From Octopus vulgaris (Eukaryota): DNA of 64,000 nt. The notes below the pieces were generated by a model. That model saw only the letters and a list, made by a program, of their open reading frames with translations. It had not been told where the DNA came from and ran no database searches. Of the stretch, positions 25,731 to 39,292 are shown piece by piece. Numbering within the stretch: the stretch's first letter is position 1; the number at the start of each line of letters is the position of its first letter. Location of the stretch: the NCBI GenBank assembly GCA_951406725.2, contig OX597817.1:58218001-58282000 (forward strand), given 5' to 3'. A program made the position numbers and the translations under genes.

Positions 25731-26006
25731 ATGGGAATCACTGGTGACTCTCTACGCTATATTCTCAGTATATCATGGAAATCACTGGTGACTCCCTATA
25801 AAATCTTAGTATACCATAGGAGTCACTGGTGACTCCCCATAAAATCTTAGTATACCATAGGAGTCACTGGTGACTCTCCATGCTGTATTCTTAATATACC
25901 ATGGGAATGACTGGTGATTCCCTATGCTATATTCTTAGTATAGATGAGAGTCACTAGTGACTCACCAAACTGTATTCTTAATGTACTATGTGAGTCACTG
26001 GTGACT
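25731..26006. repeat. Minisatellite of seven 41-44 bp units, each with a GAGTCAC-TG-GTGACTC palindrome
   Basis: The unit ATAGGAGTCACTGGTGACTCCCCATAAAATCTTAGTATACC repeats with variation. Confidence 0.85.
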
Positions 26007-26445
26007 GCCAATTATGATGTGTTTTTATGGAGCCCCACGTTATTGTGGTTCAAAGTATATTGATCGAATTTTAAGAAATTTATATGGGAAGGATGCAAGT
26101 CTCCATCATTGAAGTGCTGCCCTCCATAAAATGATTTTTATGAAAAAGAAGACATTAAGACTTAGATAACAGAATCTGGAATATACTCTGTAGAAATAGA
26201 AAAGTCCATAGATGGAGGCATAATGGACATTTGAACACTTCTTACCATGTGTATCACAGAATGGATGTAATGTTCATTTTGAACCGGGGGAGTCACTGTT
26301 GATAGCCTTGCCATCATTTAATGTAGTAGTTAGTGAACTAGAACATGTATATATATTTTTTTCATAGTTTCAGCTTAGAGCGGTGGCCATGCTGGAGCAC
26401 TGCCGTTGAAATATATAATGGTTATAACATACCCATTGTACCCTG

Positions 26446-26489
<44 letters not shown>

Positions 26490-26490
26490 G

Positions 26491-26549
<59 letters not shown>

Positions 26550-27189
26550 GGGTAAAAATCTTTTAAAGATTTTTAACTAGCTTGCTTATGAACCACATAG
26601 TTCCGGGTTCAGTCCCACTGCGTGGCATCTTGGGCAAGTGTCTTCTGCTATAGCCCCGGGCCGACAAATGCCTTGTGAGTGGATTTGGTAGACGGAAACT
26701 GAAAGAAGCCTGTCGTATATATGTATATACATATAAGTGTGTGTGTATGTGTTTGTGTGTCTGTGTTTGTCCCCCTAGCATTGCTTGACAACCGATGCTG
26801 GTGTGTTTACGTCCCCGTCACTTAGCGGTTCGGCAAAATAGACTGATAGAATAAGTACTGGGCTTACAAAGAATAAGTCCCGGGGTTGATTTGCTCGACT
26901 AAAGGCGGTGCTCCAGCATGGCCGCAGTCAAATGACTGAAACAAGTAAAAGAGTAAAAGAGTTAAAAGAGTAGATGGTCAGTGCGGAAAAAAATCCTCAT
27001 AGGTAAATTTTATAAATATTTTATAATTCTATACATAATTATAACAAGGGCTTGGCTTGTGCCTCACCATGTTCTGAAAAATAGACGTCAAAAGACACTA
27101 TTACCACGATAACACATTAACCTAATTAATGAGGCTAATAGTGTCTTTTGAGGCACAAGCCAAGCCTTTGTTATAATTATGTATAGAAT

Positions 27190-27236
<47 letters not shown>

Positions 27237-27448
27237 TAAATGAAAGAATGGAGTCGAACGAAGATGTTAACAAAATTCCTTTATGGAATTTTGTTAACAT
27301 CTTCGTTCGACTCCATTCTTTCATTTATTCATATACAACACACAAATTTCTGCATCAACCGTGTTTCTGACATGAATTTGCTACCCAGGTTTCGGTTAAA
27401 CAAATTTTCCATACTGACAATAAACATAGGATAATTCATTCACCTACT

Positions 27449-27489
<41 letters not shown>

Positions 27490-28989
27490 GTAACATATGG
27501 TATGATTATTAACAAGGCAAATTTCAGCCATTTCTCTGCAGACTGAAAAAAAATGATGATCAGCCTTAAGTGAGTTTTTGAACCTTATTGGGTTCTCATC
27601 AGAGGTGTCCACATCATTCTGACAGTTTATGGTTAGAAAATTTAAAGAAATGCATAAATCATGACAAAGTTGGACCGTTGGTGCAAAAGAAAATATGGCA
27701 CAAAATCAGTTTGGTAGACAAAATATTAAGCAAGTATCTCTTCTACTTGTAGTCTCAGATCAACAAGTGTTGTGAGTAATATTTGGTAGATAGTAACTGT
27801 GGAATATAATCAGAAGGACCAGTCCTGTGGTTAGGTGGCCAGATTAATTTATTGCCTGATTTAGTAACATCACCAATTGGTCCTTAGGTGCATCTAGCAA
27901 AGTTCACTCTGTCGCAAGTATTCAGGACATGTATGTCCTTGGTCTAAGAATACTTTGCTCCTTTCTTCCATCTATTTTTGAATCTCTGGAAAAATAGGTC
28001 CTGGATATTGTCCTTCTGCCTGTGAATAAAAATCAGAGTAATTTAAGAAAACATCATCATCATCATCATCATCATCATTTAACGTCTGTTGTCCATGCTG
28101 GCATGGGTTTGATGGTTTGATCACAGCTGCCAGGAAGGGGAGCTGCACCAGACTCTAGTTGGTTTTGGAATGATCTCTATGGCTGGATGCCCTTCCTAAT
28201 GCCAACCCCTCTAAAGAGTATCCTGGGTGCTTTTATGTGGCCCTGCATGAGCACTTTTATGTGGCTTTGCCACGAGTGCTTTTCACAACCAGAGGGACCA
28301 GGGCATTTTTTGTTTTGCATCTTATCTGCGTTGGTGACTTGTAAGAACGGACCCATTACACATTGCAAGGGGATTGATGTTAGAAAGGGCATCAAGTGTA
28401 GACACCACACCATAGCTGACAGAGGAGCTCAGCACAGCCCTGCTGTGCATTCCGAATATCCTGTCAAACTGACCAACCGATGCAAGTGTGAGAAACAAAT
28501 ATCAAATGTTACTGCTGATGAAGATGATGATGATGAATGTAATGGTGATGGTGGTGGTACTGGTGATAACAATGATGATGATAATGACAATGATGATGAT
28601 AACGATGATGATCATGATCATGATGAGAATGATGATGAGGACGACAACGACAACGATGATACCACTGCCAACGATGACGCCACCACCGATGGCGACGATG
28701 ACGATGATGATGATGGAAGTTTTTTAACTGGACAGAAAAAAAAGGTCATTTAATGAAACAATGTTAAAGACACATCATCATCTTTTGTTTTGTTTTTTTT
28801 TTGTTTCTGTTGTTGTTGTTGTTGTTGCTTTTTTCTCTGATTAAACAATGCTGAACTGTTTTATTTCTGTCCACTCTCCGTGGCTGACTTGACACACTTC
28901 CAACATAATTAAATCAACTTACAGAGATTATCATTGCTGATATCAATCCGACATTACATATATACACATACAGATAAACACACATGCAT

Positions 28990-29111
<122 letters not shown>

Positions 29112-29190
29112 TATATATTCATATATATATACATATATATATATGTATATATATATCTATATTTACATACACATATATATGTATGTGCAT

Positions 29191-29222
<32 letters not shown>

Positions 29223-29244
29223 GTATATATATACATATATATGT

Positions 29245-29294
<50 letters not shown>

Positions 29295-29311
29295 ACATAT
29301 TTGTATATATA

Positions 29312-29343
<32 letters not shown>

Positions 29344-30893
29344 CTTGTATATGTGTGTGTATATGTACACCTACACGCATACACATACACACCTCTTGCT
29401 GGTATTTGCAGTCGAGGCCTTTGTGTTAATGCCAGCCAAAAGTTGTTGATTTCATCTCAAACCTTTATCCATTTATTAATATTCTCATAAATGTCTTTGG
29501 CAAGATTTGAACCCTGCTCAACTGGGATTGCCAAGATTCAAGCTGCTTATTAGAATAATGGCAGAATATCTAATTAGACACTGATATATTAGATAGACTA
29601 TTAATTAGCCACTGTTGCTGTCATTGCTCCCGATGCGGTTGTTGTTGATTGAGTTGCATTCTTAAGATGGTGCAACAGTGAGTCTCAGTAATATTTGTGA
29701 TTCTCTGAAGATGAATGCTAAAAGATGGCTGTGCGGTTAAGAAGTCACTTTGGGATCAAGTGGTTTCATGTTCAATTCTACTGAACATCACCTTGGGCAA
29801 ATGCCTTCTATTGTAATCCTGGACTGACCAAAGCCATGTAAGTGGATTTGTAGATGGACACTAAAAGACTCACATTGTGTGTCTATATATATATACATAT
29901 ATATATAAAGAAGCATTGGCTATAGAACAAACATTAAATTTGGGTCAACGACTTTACATACAACACCACTCCTCAAACATTTAATCATATATAAAAATCA
30001 CCATGTGTGTGTGTGTTTGTGTTTGAGTGTGTGGGTGGTGTGTGTGTATGTGTGTGAGACAATGGTTGTGGGTTTGTTTACATTCTTATAACTTAACAGT
30101 TCGGCAAAGGAGGCCATTAGGATAAATACCCAACTAAAAGAATAAAATATGTACTGGGGTCGATTTGTTGGACTAAATGCCCTTCAACACAGTGCCCCAG
30201 CATGGCCGCAGCCCAATGATTGAAATCAGTTGAGGAGAGAAGAGGAGATGTTTTATGTCACCAGCGTCACAACTCTAACAAGAAATAGTTCTATGTTTGA
30301 GGCAGAAAGGAAAAATATATATTGAAATTAAGTAAAAGGCCATTGACCTCACTTTGTCTTTTCCTCGTTACATAAGTATTAAGTGTCTCTAATGAGGTTT
30401 TGATTTTCACAATATTAAATATGTTTTTTGCTTAATGGTGTTTCTGAGTATTGTGTCCCTCTCTGAATGATTTATTGTTTTGAAAATGGATTGGCAGTTC
30501 TTTGATGTTGGTCAGTGACAAGAGAGGCATCAGAACAGGAAGAAGAACGGCAACAAGAACAGGAATGATGGTGAATGAGAGTCGGTGTTTGGTAATGGAG
30601 TGTGTAAATGTGTGTGTTGTATATGAGTGTGGCTGTGGAGATGTGTTGTGGCGTGTGTTTGCGTCATATGCTTGTGTATTGTAGATGTGTGTGTGGCTTG
30701 TATATTTGTGTGTGTGTGTGAGTGTGTGTGTGTGTCCATGAGAGGAAAGTGTACTATATATTATTAGCAAGAAAATAGAAAATAACATTTTCTGTTATCA
30801 CAAACTAATAAAAATGTCTTTTAGATTTGATATGGACAAATGAATCAGTAAAGAGCAATTAGAAACTTCGCACAGGGCAAAGAAAGCTCAACT

Positions 30894-30954
<61 letters not shown>

Positions 30955-31336
30955 ACATACACACACACCAATGTGCAAATTTTAAGAGAAGAAGATGGCT
31001 TGACCAGGTTCTATTTCAAATCACCAGAATTGTTTCAAAGTGTCATTATCAGCTGTTAATTGCTGAATGTTATATAAATTATGCACAATATTGCTATCTG
31101 AGGAGCTGCTTTGGAAAGCACGCGTGCACACACACACACATACACACGCACACACACACACACACACACACATGCACACACACACACACAAATACATACA
31201 TATACACATACATGCTTATATATATGTATATTGGACTTGTGGTGTTTTGTCTTGTAGTTGTCTCTCATTATGCGTTTACGTATTTTTCACTCATTGGTGA
31301 TGTCCTGTACTTGATGTGTTCTATATATATATGTAT

Positions 31337-31428
<92 letters not shown>

Positions 31429-31704
31429 ATAGGTACGTAGGTAGGTAGGTAGGTAGGTAGGTAGGTAGGTAGGCAGGCAGGTAGGTAGGTAGGTAGATAA
31501 AGAGAGAGAGAGAGAGATGTGTATATATATATCAGTAAATAAGATCGGACATTATTGTGGCTATGAGTTGTTTTGACCCTTATTTCTAGCACTACTGGTG
31601 CTGAATAGCACCCTCAGTCGCTTTAGTGACGAATATATTTTTGCCTTTCAGTTGAAAAATTGCTAACAAGCCACCCTCATTATTCTTGTTCTTGTTCTTA
31701 TTGT

Positions 31705-31741
<37 letters not shown>

Positions 31742-31744
31742 AAC

Positions 31745-32030
31745 ATCATCACCATTGTTTAATGTCCATTTTCCATGCTGACATGGGTTGGATGGTTCAA
31801 CTGGAGTCTGGGAAGCCAGGAGGCTGTACCAGGCTCCAGTCTGATCTGGCAGTGTTTCTACAGCTGGATGCCCTTCCTAACACCAACCACTTGGAAAGTG
31901 TAGTGGGTGCTTTTTACATGCCTTTGGCATGGAAGCCAGTCAAGGCAGCGCTGGCATCGGCCACGTTTGGATGGTGCTTTTTATGTGCCACTGGCACAGG
32001 GATAACAACTACAATTTCCATTTGATTTTC
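31745..32030 (-). mobile_element. SINE family C with (GAT)n tail (representative)
   Basis: (CAT)n-GTTTAATGTCC...CCATGCT..CATGGGTTGGA...GCTGGATGCCCTTCCTAAC. Other copies at ~15330-15450, 21560-21720, 28055-28520, 43720-43940, 44030-44360, 46840-46930, 48860-49110, 56370-56580. Confidence 0.8.
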
Positions 32031-32144
32031 ATTTTGATGTAGTTGACTCAATATGTCTCCTCAAGCACAGCATGTCGCCCTATGATCCAAAGTACTTTTG
32101 AGTGGGCTGGGGTTGATTATACGAAACTGGTGTAGGTTACAGTT

Positions 32145-32490
32145 GTGAACTCACTTTATTTGCTGCTCTTTGCAGTCACGGCATATCTTGAGAGGTCTCG
32201 GTCTTTTGTCATTGCCTCTGTGAGGCCCAACGTTCGAAGGTCATGCTTGACCACCTCATCCCATGTCGTCTTGGGTCTACCTTTATCCTGGATTCCTTCA
32301 ACTGTTTGTGAGTGGCACTTCTTCACACAGCTCTCCTCATCCATCCGTAGTACATGACCATACTAGCACAAATGTCTCTCTTGCATGCCACATCCAATGC
32401 TTCTTATGTCCAACATTTCTCTCAGGGTGCTTACACTCTGTCGTGTGTGCACCCTGACATTACACATCCAGCAGATCATGCTAGCATTCA
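32145..32490 (-). mobile_element. RTE-type LINE 3' end
   Basis: MDEESCVKKCHSQTVEGIQDKGRPKTTWDEVVKHDL...DRDLSR. Confidence 0.75.
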
Positions 32491-32915
32491 TTTCTTTACA
32501 TATAAGCTAGGTGATATATACGTATATATATATATATGAAATACAAAATGGGACAAGAATGCAAAACATCTGGACAGCTAGGTGATACAAAAAGGGACAA
32601 CAAAACATCCAGATGGACAATACAAAAACAAGGACGGGTCATTTGAAGTTTTCTTTCCTCAGTCAAGCACCAGATTATCCTCGCAACTTCGGCTGATTAT
32701 TCTTGAGATTCCTCCAATCTGGCCATCCCCGAGGAAAAACTAAGCTAAGAGCATTAGATTCCTTGGGAGAAAGCAGCGAATGTATACAAAAACAAGGACG
32801 GAAAAAACGGACAATGTTGCACAAATACAATAAAAATAATAGTGGGACATATCAACAGGTGTCTTTCGACTAAGGATGAATTGAATTAAGCTGGTGTGTG
32901 CCTTGTCCCATTTTG

Positions 32916-32960
<45 letters not shown>

Positions 32961-32989
32961 ATGTATGCACACATGTATATGTACACATG

Positions 32990-34470
32990 CATTGCCTCCA
33001 GAAGTCAGTTTTGCCATGATGAGCAAGGTTTTATGAGGACCTTGTATAGCCAGATATCCTGGTACTTCATCATTTCTTCTGTGTGGCTCAGGGTTCTGAA
33101 GTCAGCCTTCATTTTGTCTCATGTCTTCCTAGGCCTTCCTCGTCCACAGGCTCCTCCAGCCACATTAGTGGGTGGCACTTTATACAACTGTTCTCATGCA
33201 TACACATAATGTAACCAAACCAGTGGAGACATCTGTTTTGCACACAAAACCTGATTGTTCTTAAACCAAGTTTTTCTCTCAACACATTCATTCTATGTTG
33301 TTACTGAACACTTATATTACACATCCAGCAGGACATGTTCACTTCATTTCTTTCCAGTCTTTACATATCCTCTGCATTCGGGGCCTATGTCTCACTACCA
33401 TGCAGCATTGCAATTCTAGCCCAAACATCATACAATCTGCCTTTCACTCTGATGAAAAAGATCTTTCTTGCTAGCAGTGGTAGCAGCTTCTTGAACTTTT
33501 TCCACTCTGGCTACTGTACTTCTAGAGTAACCACCTCCCTTGCTGATGACTTCTCCTATGTAGCAAAATTTATCAACTATTTCCAGTGAGCCATCTTGGT
33601 ATTCAAGGGCTTCTATTTATGATGTGTGCATGGAATATACTGTTCCAGTGCATCTTTCACATATGAAGCCTGTCTTCTCTGATAGTCTGTCTGTAAATTC
33701 CATTACTTCTCTTAAGTGTCCACAGAATACATTGAGTGCAACATATGAAGTTTATACCTGCTCCTTTTTTAGCTACTGAGCATGGCCATTTCCCAGAATG
33801 GGTCCCATCTTTTTTTCTGCTAAAACCTTCATCTTTGTTAAGTTTACCTCTAGGCCTCACACCCCCACATTTAGCTTCCATGCCTGAAATTTCTTCTCTG
33901 ATTCCTCTACAGATTTAGCTATGAGAACTAGATCATCCCATTGGCAACCAGTCTTAGAAACTGCTCTGTGATGGCCTGCAGGACTATGATAAATAGGAGG
34001 GGGCTGAGAAATGAGCCTTGGGGGACTCCAACCCTCGCACTAAATTCCTCACTGAAGTCATTGCTGACTTTCACTTTACTTGCTGCATCTTTGTACCTGG
34101 GTTGCACAGCTCCCTCAAGCCATTCATCAATGTCCAGTTTACTTAGTGACCACCAGAATATACTGTACCCTTTTGAATGCCTTCTCCTGGTCAACAAAGC
34201 CAGGAACAATGGTTTACTCTTTAGCCAAGTGCTTCTTATGTAGTTGCATCTACAGCACCTCTTTGAGATTCAAAGCCAAACTGCATCTCTTCTAATCTAT
34301 TCTGTCATGAATCAATTGCACAATGACTTTCTCTGTGATCTTCATAACCTGACCCAATAATTCAATTCCTCCCAAACTGCTTCTCTCTAAGACATCTTCT
34401 TTGCTTTTGTAGCAGTTAACAATGATACTGCAGCATCAGTCATTGGGTATGACTTCCTCTTGTATAATTT
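32990..34470 (-). mobile_element. Decayed RTE-type LINE RT region
   Basis: FSARVGVPQGSFLSPLLFIIVLQAITE, and LREKLGLRTI...LHWFG; many frameshifts. Confidence 0.8.
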
Positions 34471-35087
34471 CATTTACAGACACACATATGCATACATACA
34501 TATGCTAAGGGCTTCTTTCAGTTTCCATTTGTGAAATCCATTCATAATGCTCTAGTTAGCCCAGTGCTACGGTAGAAGATACTTGTGCAAGGTGCTGTGC
34601 AGTAGGACTGAACCCTGATTCAAATGTTTGGGAAGCGAACCACACAACTAAGTCTGTGCATCCATATACATAAAAAACACACACACACACACTAATATAG
34701 ATACACATGCCCTTAAATACATATTATGAAAAATAGAGGGGTAAGAGATATATGAAGGGAGGAGAGACAGACAGAGAGAATGACAGACAGACTGAGAAGA
34801 GATAACTAATGATCAAAGAGTAGCTGACCATCACCCCTAACGCCAAACGTGACCCCCCCCATCCCATGTAAGTCTTGTCTGTCTATCGTGGCTGGCTGTA
34901 AAAATATTTCTTCTTCCAGTTTGACATTTGATTAATGTGTTTGAAGAACTGACAATCTAAACATAGATTAATTGTAATAATATTGATAATAATAAGAATA
35001 ACAATAATAACAATGATAATAATAATGATAATAATAGTAATAATAATAATAACAATAATAATAATAATGATAATAATAGTAATGATG

Positions 35088-35154
<67 letters not shown>

Positions 35155-35194
35155 TAATAATAATAATAATAATGATAATAATAATGATAATAAT

Positions 35195-35642
35195 TTTGAC
35201 TGCCAGACAGACAAGGAGTTAGAGCACTGAAGGCTGGATATAGTAAACTTTAGGAGGGACAAACAAAAGTGCCTAATAATCGACGTAGCAGTGCCAGGAG
35301 ATCAACATATCATGAAGGAAAGAGAGAGAGAAAAGGTTGATAAATATGGAGACCTGAGAATTGTGATGGTTAAGATGTGGCAGCAATGAGAGTCAAACAT
35401 AAAGGTTATCCCTATTGTCATCGGAGCATTGGGTTCAATACCACCCAATCTGAAAAAACATCTGAAAACCTTAGAGATACACTACATTCAAGGTGTATTG
35501 CAAAAGTCGGCGTTACTTGGAACTGCATGCATATTGCGTAAAGTCTGAGGTCCTTGTTGTGATTTGACAAACAGCACAAACCCCCGGTAGACACAATATC
35601 TTCAATCAACAAACTCATGATATTGTATACTGTGCAACTTCT
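35195..35642 (+). mobile_element. R4/Dong-like RLE 3' fragment between (TAA)n tracts
   Basis: Degenerate TDKELEH..LDIV..KCLIIDVAVPGD...KYGDLRI...IPIVIGALGS..LQKSALLGTA. Confidence 0.7.
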
Positions 35643-35712
<70 letters not shown>

Positions 35713-35750
35713 CGATGACGATGACGATGACGATGATGACGACGACGACG

Positions 35751-35786
<36 letters not shown>

Positions 35787-36819
35787 CCTTTCTACCATAG
35801 GCAAAAGGCCTGAGATTTTGAGGGAAGCTGGTGGTCAGTTACATCAACCCCAGTACTTGACTATTATTTTATTTTATTCTTTTCTACTCTAGGCACAAGG
35901 CCTGAAATTTTGAGGGAAGGGGGCAGTCAATTAGATTGACCCCAGTGCGATGTATATGTCCAGCCAGCAAGCTACTCTTTGTAATACCTTTATGGCAAAT
36001 CTTAATGAAATAAAGTAGCTTGCTTACCAACCACATGGCTCCAGGTTCAGTCTCACTGTGTGGCACCTTAGGCAAGTGTCTTCTACTATAGCCTTGGGCT
36101 GACCAAAGCCTTGTGAGTGGATTGGGTAAACAGAAACTGAAAGGATCCTGTCGTATATATGTATATATGTGTGTGTGCGTGCATGTGTGTGTGTGTGTGT
36201 ATGTTTGTGTGTCCGTGTTTGTCCCCACAACATCACTTGAGATCAGATGCTGGTGTGTATAAGTCCCCGTAACTTAGCGGTTCAGCAAAAGAAACCAATA
36301 GAATAAGTACTAGGCTTACAAAGAATAAATCCTGGGGTTGATTTACTCGACTAAAGGTGGTGCTCCAGCTTGATTACAGTCAAAATGACTGAAAGAAGTA
36401 AAAGAATAAAAGAATATATGCCCCAGCATGGCCGCAGCCTTCGGGCTGAAACATTTTTAAGGATTTAAGGATTTATATATATGTATACATGTTATATAAT
36501 GCAATTTATATTACCAATTTTATTTATTTATTTGTTTATTTCAAATTTGCTGCATAAAATCAAATTGGTATGAAGATGGTTTCAAATTTTGTGTAGGGAT
36601 GGTGTGGCTAAGAGAGAATGAGAGAGAAAGAAGGATGGTGGAAGAGAGAGAGAGTGTGATGTATATGGAATTTGAACTTGGAATATAGAGTGATGCAACT
36701 AAATAATACGACAAGGAATTTTGATATTTTAACAATTCTGCTGATCTGCTGCATTATGTAACAATGACACCACCGCCGCTGATGATGATGACGACGATGA
36801 AAATGATTACAAGGATGCA

Positions 36820-37240
36820 GTACCATCTCATATTTTATTCACAAGATATCTAAGACTTTCTTTAGGCACCATGTCCGGAATGAAGGACATACGCAATTAC
36901 ATGCAGCCACAATTGTCTATTCTTCATTTCCTGTAACAATTCCACTTCCTGATATTTCAATACTTCTTTCTTCCAACCATTTCTTGAAGTTTGGCATCCA
37001 TATCACCCTTCTCCTTTCCCTGCTTCTTTTTCCTTCAATCGTTCTGGTCATCGCTAAATTCACAGGGCTCTCTTTCCTCATTACATGACCAAGAAATCTC
37101 ACTTACTTGGACCTTATCTCATGAAACAGTTTCCTATTTACCACAGCCCGAGCTATCACTTCTTCATTAGACACTTTGTCCATTCTATCCTCAATATTCT
37201 TCTTAAGAACCACATTTCACAGCATTCCAAGCACTCACTT
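36820..37240 (-). mobile_element. RTE (BovB-like) LINE 3' fragment
   Basis: RFLGHVMRKESPVNLAMTRTIEGKRSRERRR. Confidence 0.7.
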
Positions 37241-37830
37241 ATTCCTGCAGATTGTAATTTGAGAGAGGTTTAGCTGCTATTTCTAGCAGATCAAGCAACC
37301 ATGTAGAGGCTCAGTGAGACATTTTTTTAACAAGTAGTTCGGTGCCTAACCACTCGGCTACTTCGCCACCCCACCAACCCCCATTCATAATTACAACATA
37401 GAAATATAAAAGCTATATTAATTACCTCCATCCCATTCTCTTACTTGTCCATTATTTGGGAAAACTAATTAAAGCTGCCCAAATTAGTATCTCCCCCTCT
37501 CCCCTTCCCCCAACCCCTCTTGGTGCACTTTAGCAGTTTTAATATATATTTGTTTTAATGATAATCACTATATTGGTAGATTAATATAAGAGTGCGCACG
37601 TGTGCGTGTGTGTGTGTATGTGCATGTGTGTGTGTGTGTGTATATACATATATATACAAACATACTTTTATATAAATATATACACACACATATGTGTATG
37701 TACGTATGTATATATGTGTAAGCATATATTTATGTTGAGTGTGTGGTGCATGTATATAAGTATGTGTGTATAAGTGTGTGTGTATACATATATGTGTGTA
37801 TGTGTGTACATATATATATATATGTATGTG

Positions 37831-37874
<44 letters not shown>

Positions 37875-38870
37875 CACACATACATAAGTATGTATAAATG
37901 CGTACATATGTACATGTTTGTATGCATGTATATATGTATGTGTGTATGTGTGTGTGTATGTATGCATGTGTGTGCATGCATGTCCCATCTCCACACCTCC
38001 ACATTGTACCATCACTGACCATTCATCTCTTTTGTTGTTTGGTTTCAACATATTTACTTTACCTGTTTCTCATTATCTAATAACCAATTAGCTTCCCCAC
38101 CCTGCATCTTATCCCACCCCTGCTCCACTCCATTGCACCCACACCCACCCATACCCTCTTTGCTGCCCATCATAGTGACATGGGTTGGACAGGTCATTAA
38201 AGTTTGTTGTTTATGGGAATCAGTCAGGTTTTTTGATCACTGTAATGGTGGTGGTGATGGCACTAGCAGTGGTGGTGATGGCGGAGGAGTTGGTGGCGGC
38301 GGCAGCGGTGGTGGTGGTAATGGTGGTGGTGGTGGATGTAAACTAAGGGTTGATCACAGTCACTGTTTGTCTGTCTTAGCCAACAGCCTCCCCAAACCCA
38401 GCATCACCATCATACCCAGGAATGGCCATTGTCAGCCCCATGAGCTAATGAAACACTGGTCAGATTGAGAGTGCTCCCACTGATTACAGCAATGAATCAT
38501 TTTGTCATGCACTACAACTTCTAGTGAATCGAATATTTGGCTATGGACCCCATGGTTGGTCTTTTTCATTGTTAAGCCAATTGTATTGCAGAGACAGTAA
38601 CCTAACCACTTCTTCTGTGCCTTGGTTCTCCCCAGAAGCAGGTGTATAACCTTTACCATTCTTACTGCCTCTTCCTTCTTGGATATGTCATGATAGAAAG
38701 ACAAGTCAATACATTTGTGACATCGGTGGCACCGTAGGAGATGCTAGATATTGGTTTAGTTTTACCATTCATATCTATCTTAGGGTCCCCTCCATCTGGA
38801 TTTTCTATAGGGATTTACTCCCTTAGCCGTTTATAAACATTGAATTACTCCCCAAGGGAACAAGGGTTTA

Positions 38871-39243
38871 TTATTGCCTCCACCTTAGCAAAGGCAGAGG
38901 TATTGTTTTCAGTCATGTTTGTTTGTTTGTTTGTCCGTGGACAAGATATCTCAAGAACCACTGGATGGATTTGGATGAAACTTTCAGGGATATTTGGCCT
39001 CATGACTAGCACAAACTGATTAGATGTTGGGATTGATCCAATACTGGGCAAGGATTCTGGTTTATTTTTCCTGTTTCCCTACTTAATTTTTGATAAACAG
39101 TTGGGTTCATTTTTAGTATTCCCGTTTGTGAGGGCAGTTGAGTTTATTTCAGATATTCTCATTTTAAAAATCATCTCTGGCTAATTGTTGAGTGGACGTT
39201 GGTGTTGCTTTGGCAGTAATTTGCGCTCTCTGAGTGCTCTTGT

Positions 39244-39244
<1 letters not shown>
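38871..39244 (+). mobile_element. DINE-1/HINE-like (Helentron-associated) non-autonomous element
   Basis: 5' TTATTGCCTCCACC, an internal (GTTT)n microsatellite, a 3' sub-TIR-like TTGGCAGTAAT, and a terminal hairpin GCGCTC-TCT-GAGTGC followed by TCTTGTT. Confidence 0.6.

Positions 39245-39292
<48 letters not shown>

Noticed and set aside
25731-26006. CRISPR-like array of palindromic repeats
   Set aside because: The 'spacers' are homologous to each other, there are no cas genes, and the context is eukaryotic. It is a minisatellite.
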